Position numbers and translations under genes: made by a program. Below the pieces are notes generated by a model that saw nothing but the letters and a program-made list of their open reading frames with translations, did not search any database and was not told where the DNA came from. A stretch of DNA of 64,000 nt, taken from assembly GCA_965203995.1 (NCBI GenBank), contig OZ241962.1, positions 1,290,311 to 1,354,310 of the forward strand, in the 5' to 3' direction. Below, piece by piece: positions 10,118-19,375 of the stretch (positions are counted from its first letter, which is position 1; every line of letters begins with the position of its first letter). The DNA comes from Dehalococcoidia bacterium (GTDB lineage: Bacteria; Chloroflexota; Dehalococcoidia; Bin125).

Positions 10118-11365
10118 ATGGTCAGCGGAGGCATTGGCCGGGGCGTGCGAGCCGAGGAAGCCGGCGAACGGCGCCGCGTGGTGATCACCGGTCTGGGCGC
10201 GGTCACGGCGGCCGGTCTCTCCGCTGCCGACTTCTGGGCGGCGCTCTGCGAGGGTCGTGTCTGCACATCGCCGCTGACGGCCTTCGAGGCATCCCGACCC
10301 GCCGCGGCGGGACAGCTCCCCGATACGTGGCAGGGCCCGTCGGGCGCGCCCGAGTGGCTGCTCGCGCGCATGGATCGCGCCTCCCAGCTCGCCCTCGATG
10401 CGGCGATCCAGGCGCAGACCGATGCGCGGATCGAGTTCAATCAGCAGAACGCGTTCGTGGTCGGCGCGGTCACCGGGATCGCGCATCCCGGCGCCGGGCA
10501 GGGCTGGGCCGGTCTGGGATCCGGGCTCTCCGGCGCGTCGTTGGGACTGGACATCGCCGGTCCCGTGCTCACAGTCTCCATGGGCGGCGCTTCGGGACTC
10601 GGCGCGATCGCCCTGGCCGCACAGATGATCCGTTCCGGCCTCGTCCGCGCGGCGCTCGCGATCGGCGCGGAAGCGCCGCTGCGTCCGGAGGTCTGGGATG
10701 CATACGAAGCCTCGGCATTACTCGATCCCGGCGACGACCCGCGCGCTCAGCGCCCGTTCGACGTCAACCGGCGGGGCATGATCCTGGCCGAAGGGGCGGC
10801 GGCGCTGATGCTCGAAGATCGCCAGCTCGCCGCCCAGCGCGGCGTACACATCTATGCCGAGGTCGGCGGCGAGGCGATGACTGCCGGTCCGATGGGCGAC
10901 GGATTCGCACCGACCGATATCGAGATTGCCCGCCGCGCCACCGGCGACGCGCTGCTGGGCGGCGAGGTATCGCCGTCGGATATCGACGTGGTCGTCGCGG
11001 CGGGACTCGGATCCGGTCCCGGCGACGAGCGGGAGACCGACATCATCGAACGCGCCTTCGGTCGGCGCACGTTGGACATGTACGCCGCGACGGTGTCGCC
11101 CAACGTGGGCTACACGGTCGGCGCGTCCGGCGCGCTCTCGGCCCTGGCCGCCGCCCAGATCGTCGATCAACGCAGGATCCCGCCGCACGCGACTCACGAG
11201 GAAGAGGACATCGCCTGCAAGCTGGGCTTCGTGCGGGAGTCGGTCGAGGATCGGATCGTGGGAGCGGCGACCGCGGCCTACGGGACGCACGGCCAGAACG
11301 CCGCGCTGGTGCTGCTGCCTCACATCGCCGAAGCAGGCGACGAATTGCCGGTCGTGATCAACTGA
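10118..11365 (+). CDS. Beta-ketoacyl-ACP synthase (KAS/FabF)-like protein, probably catalytically inactive
   Basis: N-terminal thiolase fold RRVVITGLGAVTAAGLSAADFWAALCEGR. The active-site region reads GPVLTVSMGGASGLGAI where FabF has the Cys nucleophile (TACxSG). The two catalytic His positions read GSGPGDERE and NVGYTVGASGA. Confidence 0.75.
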   Translation: MVSGGIGRGVRAEEAGERRRVVITGLGAVTAAGLSAADFWAALCEGRVCTSPLTAFEASRPAAAGQLPDTWQGPSGAPEWLLARMDRASQLALDAAIQAQTDARIEFNQQNAFVVGAVTGIAHPGAGQGWAGLGSGLSGASLGLDIAGPVLTVSMGGASGLGAIALAAQMIRSGLVRAALAIGAEAPLRPEVWDAYEASALLDPGDDPRAQRPFDVNRRGMILAEGAAALMLEDRQLAAQRGVHIYAEVGGEAMTAGPMGDGFAPTDIEIARRATGDALLGGEVSPSDIDVVVAAGLGSGPGDERETDIIERAFGRRTLDMYAATVSPNVGYTVGASGALSALAAAQIVDQRRIPPHATHEEEDIACKLGFVRESVEDRIVGAATAAYGTHGQNAALVLLPHIAEAGDELPVVIN

Positions 11366-11421
11366 CGCCTTGTGCGGCGCATCGCGCCGCCGCAGCGCAT
11401 ATGCCGTCCGCTTCGTAGGCT

Positions 11422-12081
11422 GTGGCTATGGACATCGCCTGGTACGGACACGCCGCATTCCGGCTGCGCGGGCGCGAGGCCGCAGTCGTGATGGATCCCT
11501 GCGCGCCCCAGACCGGCTTCCGCATCAATCGCCCCGGCGCTGACATCGTCACGGTCTCGCGCGCCGCCGACCCCGCGCATAACTGGATCGACGGAGTCGC
11601 GCTCGAAGCCTCCAGCCTCTCCCGGCCGCTCGATGCGCCGGGAGAGTACGAGGTCAAGCGCGTGCTCGCCACGGGAGTCAAGACTCCCGGGCGCGACGGA
11701 TCGCGCAACGTCGCGTTCGTGATCACGATCGACGAGATCATCGTCGCCCATCTCGGCGACTTGCAGGGGCTGCCACAGGGCGACGCCCTGGAGGAGTTGC
11801 GCCGCGCTGATGTCGTCCTGCTGCCTTGCGGCGGCCGCGCGCATCTCTCGGCCCAGGCGGCCGCCGACGTGGCCAACTCGATCGCCGCACCTCTGGTGAT
11901 TCCGATGCTCTACCAGCCCGAGTCGGCCGGCGAGCTGGAGACCGGGCTGGAGCCGCTGTCCGCGTTTCTGCGTGAGATGGGCGTGACCGTCGATCCGCCG
12001 GGCGACAACCACATCAATGTCACGCGATCGTCGATTCCCTCCGCTCCGACCGTCGCCCCGCTGTTGGCCAGAGGAGTCTGA
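11422..12081 (+). CDS. MBL-fold metallo-hydrolase (UPF0173-like)
   Basis: N-terminus MDIAWYGHAAFRLRG...VVMDPC...ADIVTVSRAADPAHNW and the downstream motif LPCGG. Length about 219 aa. Confidence 0.7.
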   Translation: MAMDIAWYGHAAFRLRGREAAVVMDPCAPQTGFRINRPGADIVTVSRAADPAHNWIDGVALEASSLSRPLDAPGEYEVKRVLATGVKTPGRDGSRNVAFVITIDEIIVAHLGDLQGLPQGDALEELRRADVVLLPCGGRAHLSAQAAADVANSIAAPLVIPMLYQPESAGELETGLEPLSAFLREMGVTVDPPGDNHINVTRSSIPSAPTVAPLLARGV

Positions 12082-12082
12082 G

Positions 12083-13984
12083 ATGAGCCGTCAACACTCG
12101 CGACCTGAGTTTGAAGTCGTGATCCAGCGCAACCGACGGGTGCCGATGCGCGACGGCGTCTCGCTGGCCACAGACGTGTATCTGCCGGCCCGAGACGGCA
12201 GCGCGCTTCCGGGATCGTGGCCGACGCTGCTGACCCGGACGCCGTACGACAAGTTGGGCTTCGCCGCCGACGCCGAGTGGTGGGCCAGGCGCGGCTATGC
12301 GCGGATCGTCCAGGATGTGCGCGGCCGATTCGCCTCGGAGGGCGACTTCTACCTGCTCAAGAACGAGGCCGAGGACGGATACGACACGATCGAGTGGCTG
12401 GCCGAACAGCCCTGGTCGACCGGCAAGGTCGGCACCGTGGGCACCTCCTACATGGGCTGGGTGCAGTCGGCCGCTGCGACGCAGCATCCGCCCCACCTGT
12501 CGGCGATGTGGGTCAACCAGGGCGCCTTCAACGGGTTGACCTCGTCGTTGCGGCAAGGCGGCGCGCTCGAGCTGCGCTGGCTGGCCTGGGCATTCTGGAA
12601 TGCTCCGGTGAGCCCCGAAGCGGTGGGCGATGCGACGCTCTACGCCGCGCTCGACCAGGCCGCCGTCGACCTGCGCGGCTATCTCAACCGGTTGCCGTGG
12701 CGCGAAGGCGATACGCCGCTCTCTCAGACCCAGGACTACGAACGCTGGGCCATCGATCTGCTCACCCAGGCGCGCGAGGACGACTGGCTCTGGCAGTTAC
12801 CGTCGATGAACTTCGAACGGTTCATCGGCCAGACCGCCGACGTGCCCAGCGTCTACTCGGGCGGCTGGTACGACAGCTACACCCGGGCGACCTGCGAGTC
12901 GTTCGTGGCCTTCTCCGAGGCGATGTCGTCGCCGCAGTACTTGCTCATGGGTCCCTGGACGCACGGCGAAGTGACGCTCGATCGGAGCTGGTCGGGCGAT
13001 GTCGACTTCGGTTCCAGCGCGCCGACTTCGGGCAACCTGGCGGCGAGCATTTCGGATCTGCGCCTGGAGTTCTTCGACCAGACGCTCAAGGGTCTGGACA
13101 GCGGCTGGGAGCAGCGGCCGCCGGTGACGATGTTCCTGATGGGCGGCGGTTCCGGCCGCCAGTTGCCCTCGGGCCGGATGGACCACGGCGGCGAATGGCG
13201 CGAAGCCTCGCAGTGGCCGCCGGCGGACGCGGCGGCGGCGGAGATGTTCCTGCAGCCGGGCGGCGGGCTGACGACGGAGCCGGCCGGCGAGGACGGCGGT
13301 TCGTCGACTTACCTGTTCGACCCGGCGAATCCGGTGCCCTCGATCTCGGCGAACGTGTCGTCGCTGCGCGAGTTTGCGCCCGAAGACCCGACGCTCAGGC
13401 AGCAGATCTGGCCGCCCACGCAGCGCTCTCGCGAGCTGATCATGCCGGGCGGCGCCGACCAGCGCACGCGGCCCGACGTGATGGGCGCCGAGCCGCCCTA
13501 TCTGCGCACCGCGACCCGGCCGGATGTGCTCTCCTTCCGCACCGAACCGTTGGCGGAAGATGTGCAGGTGACCGGACCGATCACGGTGCGGCTGTTCGTC
13601 TCGAGCGACGCGCCCGACACCGACTTCACCGCGGCGCTGCTGGATTGCTACCCCGCCAACGCCGACTATCCAGAGGGCTACCACCTGCGGATTTCGGACA
13701 GCATCAAGCGGCTGCGCTTCCGCAACGGCTTCGACCGCGAGGATTTCGTCTCGCCGGGAAAGGTGGTCGAGGTGACGATCGAGCTGTACCCGACGGCCAA
13801 CGTGTTCAAGGCCGGTCACCGGATCGGGGTCGAGATCAGCAGCAGCAACTACCCCAGGTTCGACGTCAACCCCAACACGGGAGAGCCGATCGGCCGCCAG
13901 ACGCACACCAGGACCGCCCTCAACACGGTCCACCACAGCGCGGAGCGCGCCTCTCGCCTGGAACTGTCGGTGGTTGCCGGCTGA
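12083..13984 (+). CDS. CocE/NonD-family hydrolase (S15 X-Pro dipeptidyl-peptidase-like)
   Basis: RNRRVPMRDGVSLATDVYLP...TLLTRTPYDK...GYARIVQDVRGRFASEGDF...GTSYMGW and a C-terminal beta-sandwich domain. Start at the internal ATG immediately after the preceding stop. Confidence 0.8.
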   Translation: MSRQHSRPEFEVVIQRNRRVPMRDGVSLATDVYLPARDGSALPGSWPTLLTRTPYDKLGFAADAEWWARRGYARIVQDVRGRFASEGDFYLLKNEAEDGYDTIEWLAEQPWSTGKVGTVGTSYMGWVQSAAATQHPPHLSAMWVNQGAFNGLTSSLRQGGALELRWLAWAFWNAPVSPEAVGDATLYAALDQAAVDLRGYLNRLPWREGDTPLSQTQDYERWAIDLLTQAREDDWLWQLPSMNFERFIGQTADVPSVYSGGWYDSYTRATCESFVAFSEAMSSPQYLLMGPWTHGEVTLDRSWSGDVDFGSSAPTSGNLAASISDLRLEFFDQTLKGLDSGWEQRPPVTMFLMGGGSGRQLPSGRMDHGGEWREASQWPPADAAAAEMFLQPGGGLTTEPAGEDGGSSTYLFDPANPVPSISANVSSLREFAPEDPTLRQQIWPPTQRSRELIMPGGADQRTRPDVMGAEPPYLRTATRPDVLSFRTEPLAEDVQVTGPITVRLFVSSDAPDTDFTAALLDCYPANADYPEGYHLRISDSIKRLRFRNGFDREDFVSPGKVVEVTIELYPTANVFKAGHRIGVEISSSNYPRFDVNPNTGEPIGRQTHTRTALNTVHHSAERASRLELSVVAG

Positions 13985-13991
13985 GCGGGAG

Positions 13992-14384
13992 CTAGTCTTC
14001 GCCGCGGATCTGGCGCTGTTGGCGCTTGCTGAAGCCGGACAGGATTCGCTCGTAGGAGTCGACGATCAGCTCCTCCAGTTCGTCGTCGGGCAGATCCGAC
14101 TCGAGCGTGATCGCGACCCAGTGGGACTTGTTCAGGTAGCTGGGGAGCCGGACGGCCTCGTACTGCTGATGCAGGGCGGGAACGATGGCGGGGTCGCACT
14201 TGATTGAGATCGCGTGCGGTTTGCCCTCTGTGGTGCCGCCTCCGACGAAGCAGAAGATCTTGCCGCCCTTGCCGTCGGCGTTGCGATTGCCCAGCTTGTA
14301 GACCAGGTCGTCTTCGCCCCAGGGCGAGTCGGGCCAGGCGCCGGGCAGCGATTCGCAGAGGTCGGCGACGTCGTTGCGGTCCAT
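13992..14384 (-). CDS. MmcQ/YjbR-family DNA-binding protein
   Basis: CESLPGAWPDSPWGEDDLVYKLGNR...KIFCFV...AISIKCDP...YLNKSHWVAITL matches the YjbR/MmcQ pattern. Confidence 0.7.
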   Translation of the reverse strand: MDRNDVADLCESLPGAWPDSPWGEDDLVYKLGNRNADGKGGKIFCFVGGGTTEGKPHAISIKCDPAIVPALHQQYEAVRLPSYLNKSHWVAITLESDLPDDELEELIVDSYERILSGFSKRQQRQIRGED

Positions 14385-14386
14385 GC

Positions 14387-15664
14387 CTAGGCCTCGGCGG
14401 CGGTCAGATTCTCGAGAAACTCGGTGTTGGACTTGGTCTTGGCCAGGCGGTCGAGCAGACGCTCGGTCGGTTCGGTGGCGCCGCCGCCGGAGCCGGCGAG
14501 CACGGACATCATCCGGCGCAGCAGCCAGACGCGCTGCAGTTCCTCGCCCGAAAGCAGCAGTTCCTCGCGCCGGGTGGAAGAGGCGGCGATATCGATCGAG
14601 GGGTAGATGCGGCGCTCGGCCAGCTTGCGATCGAGGCGGACCTCCCAGTTGCCGGTGCCCTTGAACTCCTCAAAGACCACGTCGTCGAGGCGGGAGCCGG
14701 TGTCGACGAGGCAGGTCGAGATGATTGTCAGCGAGCCGCCCTCCTCGGCCTTGCGGGCCGAGCCGAAGAAGCGCTTGGGCGGGTAGAGGGCGACCGGGTC
14801 GATGCCGCCGGAGAGGGTGCGGCCCGTGGAAGGCATCTCGAGGTTGTAGGCGCGGGTCAGGCGAGTGATCGAGTCGAGCAAGATGACCACGTCGCGGCCC
14901 ATCTCCATGAGTCGCTTGGCGCGCTCGAGTCCAAGTTCGGCGACGCGGGTGTGTTCCTCGACCGGTTCGTCGAAGGTGGAGGCGATCACCTCGCCGCGCA
15001 CCGAGCGCTTCATCTCGGTGACCTCTTCGGGCCGTTCGCCGATCAGCACGACCATGAGATGGACTTCGGGATGATTGACCGCGATGCCGTTGGCGATCGA
15101 CTGGAGCAGCATCGTCTTGCCGGCCTTGGGCGGGCTGACGATCAGACCGCGCTGACCGCGGCCCATGGGCGCGACCAGGTCGATCACGCGGCCGGAGAGC
15201 TCGGCCGGATCCTCGGTCTCGAGGTCGAAACGCTGGTGGGGGAAGACGGCGGTGAGATTCTCGAAGTTGGGCCGCGCCGCGGCTTCGGCGGCGCTGAATC
15301 CGTTGACCAGGTCGACGCGCGAGAGGCCGTAGTACTTCTCGCCCTGCTTGGGCGGACGGACGGAGCCGATCACGTAGTCGCCGGTGCGCAGGCCGGAGCG
15401 GCGGATCAGATTCTGCGAGACGTAGACGTCGGTGGGGGCGGGCAGCAGGGATTCGCCGCGCAGAAATCCGTAGGAGTCGTCGACCACTTCGAGCACACCG
15501 CCGGAGAGGATGTGGCCCTCGGCCTCGGACTGGGCCTGGAGCAGGCGCAGGACGATGTCCTGCTTCTTCAGGCCGGAGAGTCCGGCGACGTTCATCTCCT
15601 TGGCCTGGGCGAGGAGTTCCTCGCGGGTCAGGTGCTCAAGATCGGGAATACTCAGAGTCGTCAT
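14387..15664 (-). CDS. rho: Transcription termination factor Rho
   Basis: N-terminal Rho_N and CSD region; P-loop [16 protein letters not shown]; Q and R loops; C-terminus [14 protein letters not shown]. Confidence 0.95.
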   Translation of the reverse strand: MTTLSIPDLEHLTREELLAQAKEMNVAGLSGLKKQDIVLRLLQAQSEAEGHILSGGVLEVVDDSYGFLRGESLLPAPTDVYVSQNLIRRSGLRTGDYVIGSVRPPKQGEKYYGLSRVDLVNGFSAAEAAARPNFENLTAVFPHQRFDLETEDPAELSGRVIDLVAPMGRGQRGLIVSPPKAGKTMLLQSIANGIAVNHPEVHLMVVLIGERPEEVTEMKRSVRGEVIASTFDEPVEEHTRVAELGLERAKRLMEMGRDVVILLDSITRLTRAYNLEMPSTGRTLSGGIDPVALYPPKRFFGSARKAEEGGSLTIISTCLVDTGSRLDDVVFEEFKGTGNWEVRLDRKLAERRIYPSIDIAASSTRREELLLSGEELQRVWLLRRMMSVLAGSGGGATEPTERLLDRLAKTKSNTEFLENLTAAEA

Positions 15665-15922
15665 CGGCTACCTCGGGTGCGGAGCGTGCTGCGTGCTGGG
15701 CGTTGGATCGGGTCTCGGTCTACAAATCTGCAGTGTTGCGTGGCTGCGGGTGCGCGGACGGACGGGGTCTGTCGGCAGTCCAGGTCTGATCCGGGCTTCG
15801 CGCTCGACGGCGCCGTGTCTATTGCCTGGCGCGGTGCGCGGAAGCCGTGTTCAACGGGGACAGTTCCAATCCTAGCCCCGCGCGGCGCGCAAAGGCAATA
15901 GTCGCGTGAGACAGTTGACCAA

Positions 15923-15948
15923 CCGCGCCCGCAACGAATCGGGCGCGG
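15923..15948 (-). terminator. Putative terminator hairpin just downstream of the transaldolase stop
   Basis: CCGCGCCC-N10-GGGCGCGG 8-bp GC stem, about 14 nt after the stop. No clear U-tract, so this is weak. Confidence 0.3.
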
Positions 15949-15961
15949 AAGCTCGCTTCGC

Positions 15962-16663
15962 TCAGGAGACCGGCTGCGCCTCGGCCTGCGCGCCGAGCCG
16001 AGCCTGGGCCTCGTGCCAGTCGTCGAGGAAGGCCTGGATGCCTTTGTCGGTGAGCGGATGCTGCTGCATCTGTTCGAGCACGGGGAAGGGGATCGTGGCG
16101 ATGTGCGCGCCGACGCGCGCGGCTGCGGCCGTGTGGTCGGTGTGGCGCAACGAGGCGGCGATGACCTGGGCCGGCAGGTTGAAGCGGTCCAGCAGCTCGA
16201 CCGTGTCGGCGACGAGTTGGATGCCGTCTTCGTCGATGTCGTCCAGCCGGCCGACGAAGGGCGAGACATAGGCCGCGCCGGCGCGGGCGGCGAGCAGCGC
16301 CTGGTTGAGCGAGAAAATCAGCGTCGTGTTGATCCGGATGCCCTCCTGGGAGAGCGCCTTGATCGCGGCCAGCCCGGGACCGTCGATCGGGATCTTGACC
16401 ACGACGCTGGAGTGCCAGCTCGCCAGCTCGCGCGCTTCCTCGATCAATTCAGCCGTGGTGCGGGTGACGCACTCGGCCGAGATCGGGCCGTCGACCATGT
16501 CGGCGATGCGCAGGATGCGCTCACGGTAGTCGAGGGCGCGGTCGCCCTCGTGCGCGACGGCGCGGGAATGGAGCGAGGGATTGGTCGTGATTCCGTCGCA
16601 GACGCCCCAGTCGACAGCCTGCTGGATTTCGTCGAGTCGGGCGGTGTCGAGGAAGATCTGCAT
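15962..16663 (-). CDS. tal: Transaldolase / fructose-6-phosphate aldolase family (short Tal/Fsa type)
   Basis: MQIFLDTARLDEI...GVCDGITTNPSL...VVKIPIDGPGLAAIKAL...GIRINTTLIFS...YVSPFVGRLDD. Length about 220 aa. Confidence 0.85.
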   Translation of the reverse strand: MQIFLDTARLDEIQQAVDWGVCDGITTNPSLHSRAVAHEGDRALDYRERILRIADMVDGPISAECVTRTTAELIEEARELASWHSSVVVKIPIDGPGLAAIKALSQEGIRINTTLIFSLNQALLAARAGAAYVSPFVGRLDDIDEDGIQLVADTVELLDRFNLPAQVIAASLRHTDHTAAAARVGAHIATIPFPVLEQMQQHPLTDKGIQAFLDDWHEAQARLGAQAEAQPVS

Positions 16664-16683
16664 GTCCGGTTCCTTTGCCTTGA

Positions 16684-17160
16684 CTATGGCTGCAAGGTAA
16701 CGAGCGCCACCTGAACGGGCAGCATGACGGCCATGAGCACGGCGAAGACGAGCGGGCCGCGATCGTTGAGGGCGTCGGTCAGCTCGTCGGAGATCTCGCC
16801 GGTCTTGCGGGCCTGGAGCGAGAGCAGGCGCACTCGGCGGACGCCGGCGAACATACCGGGCACGAGCACGAAGAGCGAGACCAGGTAGAGAATCTCGACG
16901 GCCAGCAGCCAGCCGGTCTCGATCGGGTCGACGGCGTCAGCGCGGATACCCCAGATGGCGCCGAGGACGCCGGTGGCGATGATCCCGGGCAACAGCATGC
17001 GCGTGTGGGCGCGGTCGGCGGAGCGGAAGAGGACGTCGCGCTCGACCGCATCCTCGGTCTGCCAGGCGCGGGTCAGAGCCAGCGTCAGGGCGGCGACGCC
17101 GCCGGCGTACACCAGCGCGGCGAGAGCGGTGAGGAAACGGAAGATGTCGTCCTCACTCAT
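16684..17160 (-). CDS. Small integral membrane protein (DUF2269-like, 4 TM)
   Basis: The hydropathy pattern alone supports this; four hydrophobic segments. No catalytic motif recognised. Confidence 0.45.
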   Translation of the reverse strand: MSEDDIFRFLTALAALVYAGGVAALTLALTRAWQTEDAVERDVLFRSADRAHTRMLLPGIIATGVLGAIWGIRADAVDPIETGWLLAVEILYLVSLFVLVPGMFAGVRRVRLLSLQARKTGEISDELTDALNDRGPLVFAVLMAVMLPVQVALVTLQP

Positions 17161-17389
17161 GGGCGCGCCCGATCGATGCCGCCGCGGAAGCCGCGCGATG
17201 TGCGGGCTGAGAGAAAAAACGGGGCACCTGTCGCGAGGGGGCGATATTCCGCTGTTCGGCGAGTTTTTTTCTCTGCGGGGGTTGGGAGGCGGATTTCCAG
17301 TGTTTTACGGGTGATCGCGCGATCCGGGGGTGCGAAAAAGAACAATTTTGACCGGCCCTTGCCAGGTTTTGGCGGGTCAATGCGGCGTT

Positions 17390-17452
17390 CGCGTTGTTCG
17401 ATTTTGTTCGATTGTGTTCGATTTTGTGCGGAAACGGATGAATTTTGTGCGG
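17390..17452. repeat. Phased direct repeats: 3 x (T/G)TGTTCGATT followed by 2 x TTTTGTGCGG, in an AT-rich noncoding island
   Basis: GCGTTGTTCGATT TTGTTCGATT GTGTTCGATT TTGTGCGGAAACGGATGAATTTTGTGCGG, with 10-bp periodicity. The local AT-richness is unusual for a roughly 70% GC genome. It lies in the 510-bp pyrG to membrane-protein spacer, upstream of a TTGACC promoter-like element on the minus strand. Confidence 0.6.
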
Positions 17453-17671
17453 TTAGGGACGGGGAACAGCGGGGATGTGCGGTGGTGTCCGGGGTCGAAG
17501 TTGGCATTGGCGTTGGGTGTGTCTCGCTCGTCGGAGCGGCTGAGAGGCGAAGGGCGGTTCGCTTCAGTTTAGCGTACTGATGTTCTGTGGTGGTAACGAG
17601 AGTGTCGTGGTTTCCACTTCAGGCGCGGGGGGAGGCATTGGCGCGTTGCTGCGAGCGGGAGGGCCCTCACC

Positions 17672-19375
17672 CTAACCCTCTCCCTCGGGGAGAGGGGATT
17701 TGAGGTTGGTGGCGCCGGCGGGGTGGCGGAGGGCGGTTTCGGACTCGGCGAGCACGGAGTCGATGAAGCCAAGGAAGAGCGGATGGCCGCGCTCGGGGCG
17801 GGACTTGAGCTCGGGGTGGAACTGGGAGCCCATCATGAAGGGATGGTCGTGGACCTCGGCGATCTCGACCAGTGCGCCGTCGCGCGAGGTGCCGCTGGCG
17901 ACGAGGCCGGCGCGCTCGAAGCGATCGCGGTAGGCGGGATTGAACTCCCAGCGGTGGCGGTGGCGCTCGTGGGCCAGTTCGGACTCGTAGAGCGTGCGGG
18001 CGCGGGTTTCGGGATGGAGCTGACAGGTGTACATGCCGAGCCGCATGGTGCCGCCCTTGTCGCTGACCTCGCGCTGTTCGTCGAGCAGGGCGATGACGGG
18101 CGCGCCGGTCTGCTCGTCGGCCTCGGTGGTGTTGGCGTCGGGCAGGTCGAGGCGCTCCCGTGCGAAGGCGATGACCATGTTCTGCATGCCGCGGCAGAGT
18201 CCGAGATAGGGGATGCGCTGCTCGAGTGCGAAGCGGGCGACGCCGACTTCGCCTTCGATCCCGCGTTCGCCGAAGCCGCCGGGCACGATCACGCCGTCGA
18301 CATCGGCGAGCGCGGCGGCGATCTGCGGCTCGTCCGCCTCGTCCAGGTCGTCCGACTGGATCCAGGTGATGTCGACACTGGCGCGGCGCTGGGCGGCGGC
18401 GTGGATCAAGGCCTCCTTGACCGAGAGATAGGCGTCGCGCAGCTCGACGTACTTGCCCACGATGGCGACGCGGCAGACGCGCTCGGTGCGGTCGAGCCGG
18501 TCGGTCCAGTCGGTCCAGTCGCGAATCGAGCGGCCGGGCACGCAGGGGCCGGGAGCCAGGCCGAGGCGTTCGAGCGTGAGATCGGTCAGTCCCGCCTGTT
18601 CGAGGATGGACGGCACCTGGTAGATCGAGCGCGCGGTCTCGAGGGTCATCACGGCTTCGGCGGGGACGTCGCAGAACAGGGCGAGCTTGTCGGTGATCGA
18701 TTCGTCGGCGGGGATGTCGGTGCGCGAGATGATCACGTCGGGCTGGATGCCCATGCTGCGCAGGGTGCGGACCGAGTGCTGGGTCGGCTTGGTCTTGAGC
18801 TCGTTGGTCGCCTTGAGGTGGAAGAGCGGCGTGACGTGGATGGCCAGGGTGCCGTTGCGCGGCTCCTCGTAGCGCATCTGGCGGATCGCTTCGAGGAAGG
18901 CCTGGCCCTCGATGTCGCCGACCGTCCCGCCGACCTCGACGATCAGCACGTCGACGCCCGACGCGCGGGCCAGGCCGCGGACGCGTTCCTTGACCAGGTC
19001 GGTGACGTGGGGAACGGTCTGGATCGTGCCGCCCAGGTAGTCGCCGCGGCGCTCGCGCTCGATCACCGCGGCCGAGATCTGGCCCATCGTGACGGACGAG
19101 GCGGCGGTCAGGTTCTGGTCGAGGAAGCGCTCATAGTGGCCGAGATCGAGATCGGTTTCGGCGCCGTCGTCGGTGACGTAGACCTCGCCGTGCTGGTACG
19201 GCGACATCGTGCCCGGATCGACGTTGAGGTAGGGGTCGAGCTTCTGAACGGTGACGGAGAGTCCGCGCGATTGGAGCAGTCGTCCGAGCGAGGCGGTGGT
19301 GATGCCCTTGCCGACGGAGGAGATGACACCGCCGGTGATGAAGATGTACCTCGGTGACGGGTCGTCGCTGCTCAC
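17672..19375 (-). CDS. pyrG: CTP synthase PyrG
   Basis: N-terminus YIFITGGVISSVGKGITTASLGRLLQSRG, synthetase domain, and a C-terminal glutamine amidotransferase with GLCRGMQ and HRHRWEFN. GTG start overlapping the stop of the upstream small gene. Confidence 0.95.
   Translation of the reverse strand: MSSDDPSPRYIFITGGVISSVGKGITTASLGRLLQSRGLSVTVQKLDPYLNVDPGTMSPYQHGEVYVTDDGAETDLDLGHYERFLDQNLTAASSVTMGQISAAVIERERRGDYLGGTIQTVPHVTDLVKERVRGLARASGVDVLIVEVGGTVGDIEGQAFLEAIRQMRYEEPRNGTLAIHVTPLFHLKATNELKTKPTQHSVRTLRSMGIQPDVIISRTDIPADESITDKLALFCDVPAEAVMTLETARSIYQVPSILEQAGLTDLTLERLGLAPGPCVPGRSIRDWTDWTDRLDRTERVCRVAIVGKYVELRDAYLSVKEALIHAAAQRRASVDITWIQSDDLDEADEPQIAAALADVDGVIVPGGFGERGIEGEVGVARFALEQRIPYLGLCRGMQNMVIAFARERLDLPDANTTEADEQTGAPVIALLDEQREVSDKGGTMRLGMYTCQLHPETRARTLYESELAHERHRHRWEFNPAYRDRFERAGLVASGTSRDGALVEIAEVHDHPFMMGSQFHPELKSRPERGHPLFLGFIDSVLAESETALRHPAGATNLKSPLPEGEG
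17676..17696 (-). terminator. Perfect 9-bp GC hairpin (CCCTCTCCC tcg GGGAGAGGG) overlapping the last codons and stop of pyrG
   Basis: Seen directly in the sequence. It encodes the C-terminal PLPEGEG of the pyrG ORF and ends at its TAG stop. There is no U-tract, so it may be an attenuator or stability element, or a coincidence. Confidence 0.3.

Noticed and set aside
15661-16269. 202-aa minus-strand ORF spanning the rho-transaldolase spacer and the transaldolase 3' half
   Set aside because: It is out of frame with the clearly conserved transaldolase and has Pro/Ser/Arg-rich low-complexity sequence. The spacer more plausibly holds the rho leader and promoter.
17394-17423. GTTCGATT motifs reminiscent of a tRNA T-loop (GGTTCGAATCC), considered as a possible tRNA/tmRNA remnant
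   Set aside because: There are three tandem copies at 10-bp spacing with no acceptor or anticodon-arm complementarity. There is no CCA and no cloverleaf, so this is a direct-repeat array and not a tRNA-like element. No tmRNA, RNase P, SRP or 6S signature strings were found in the spacer either.
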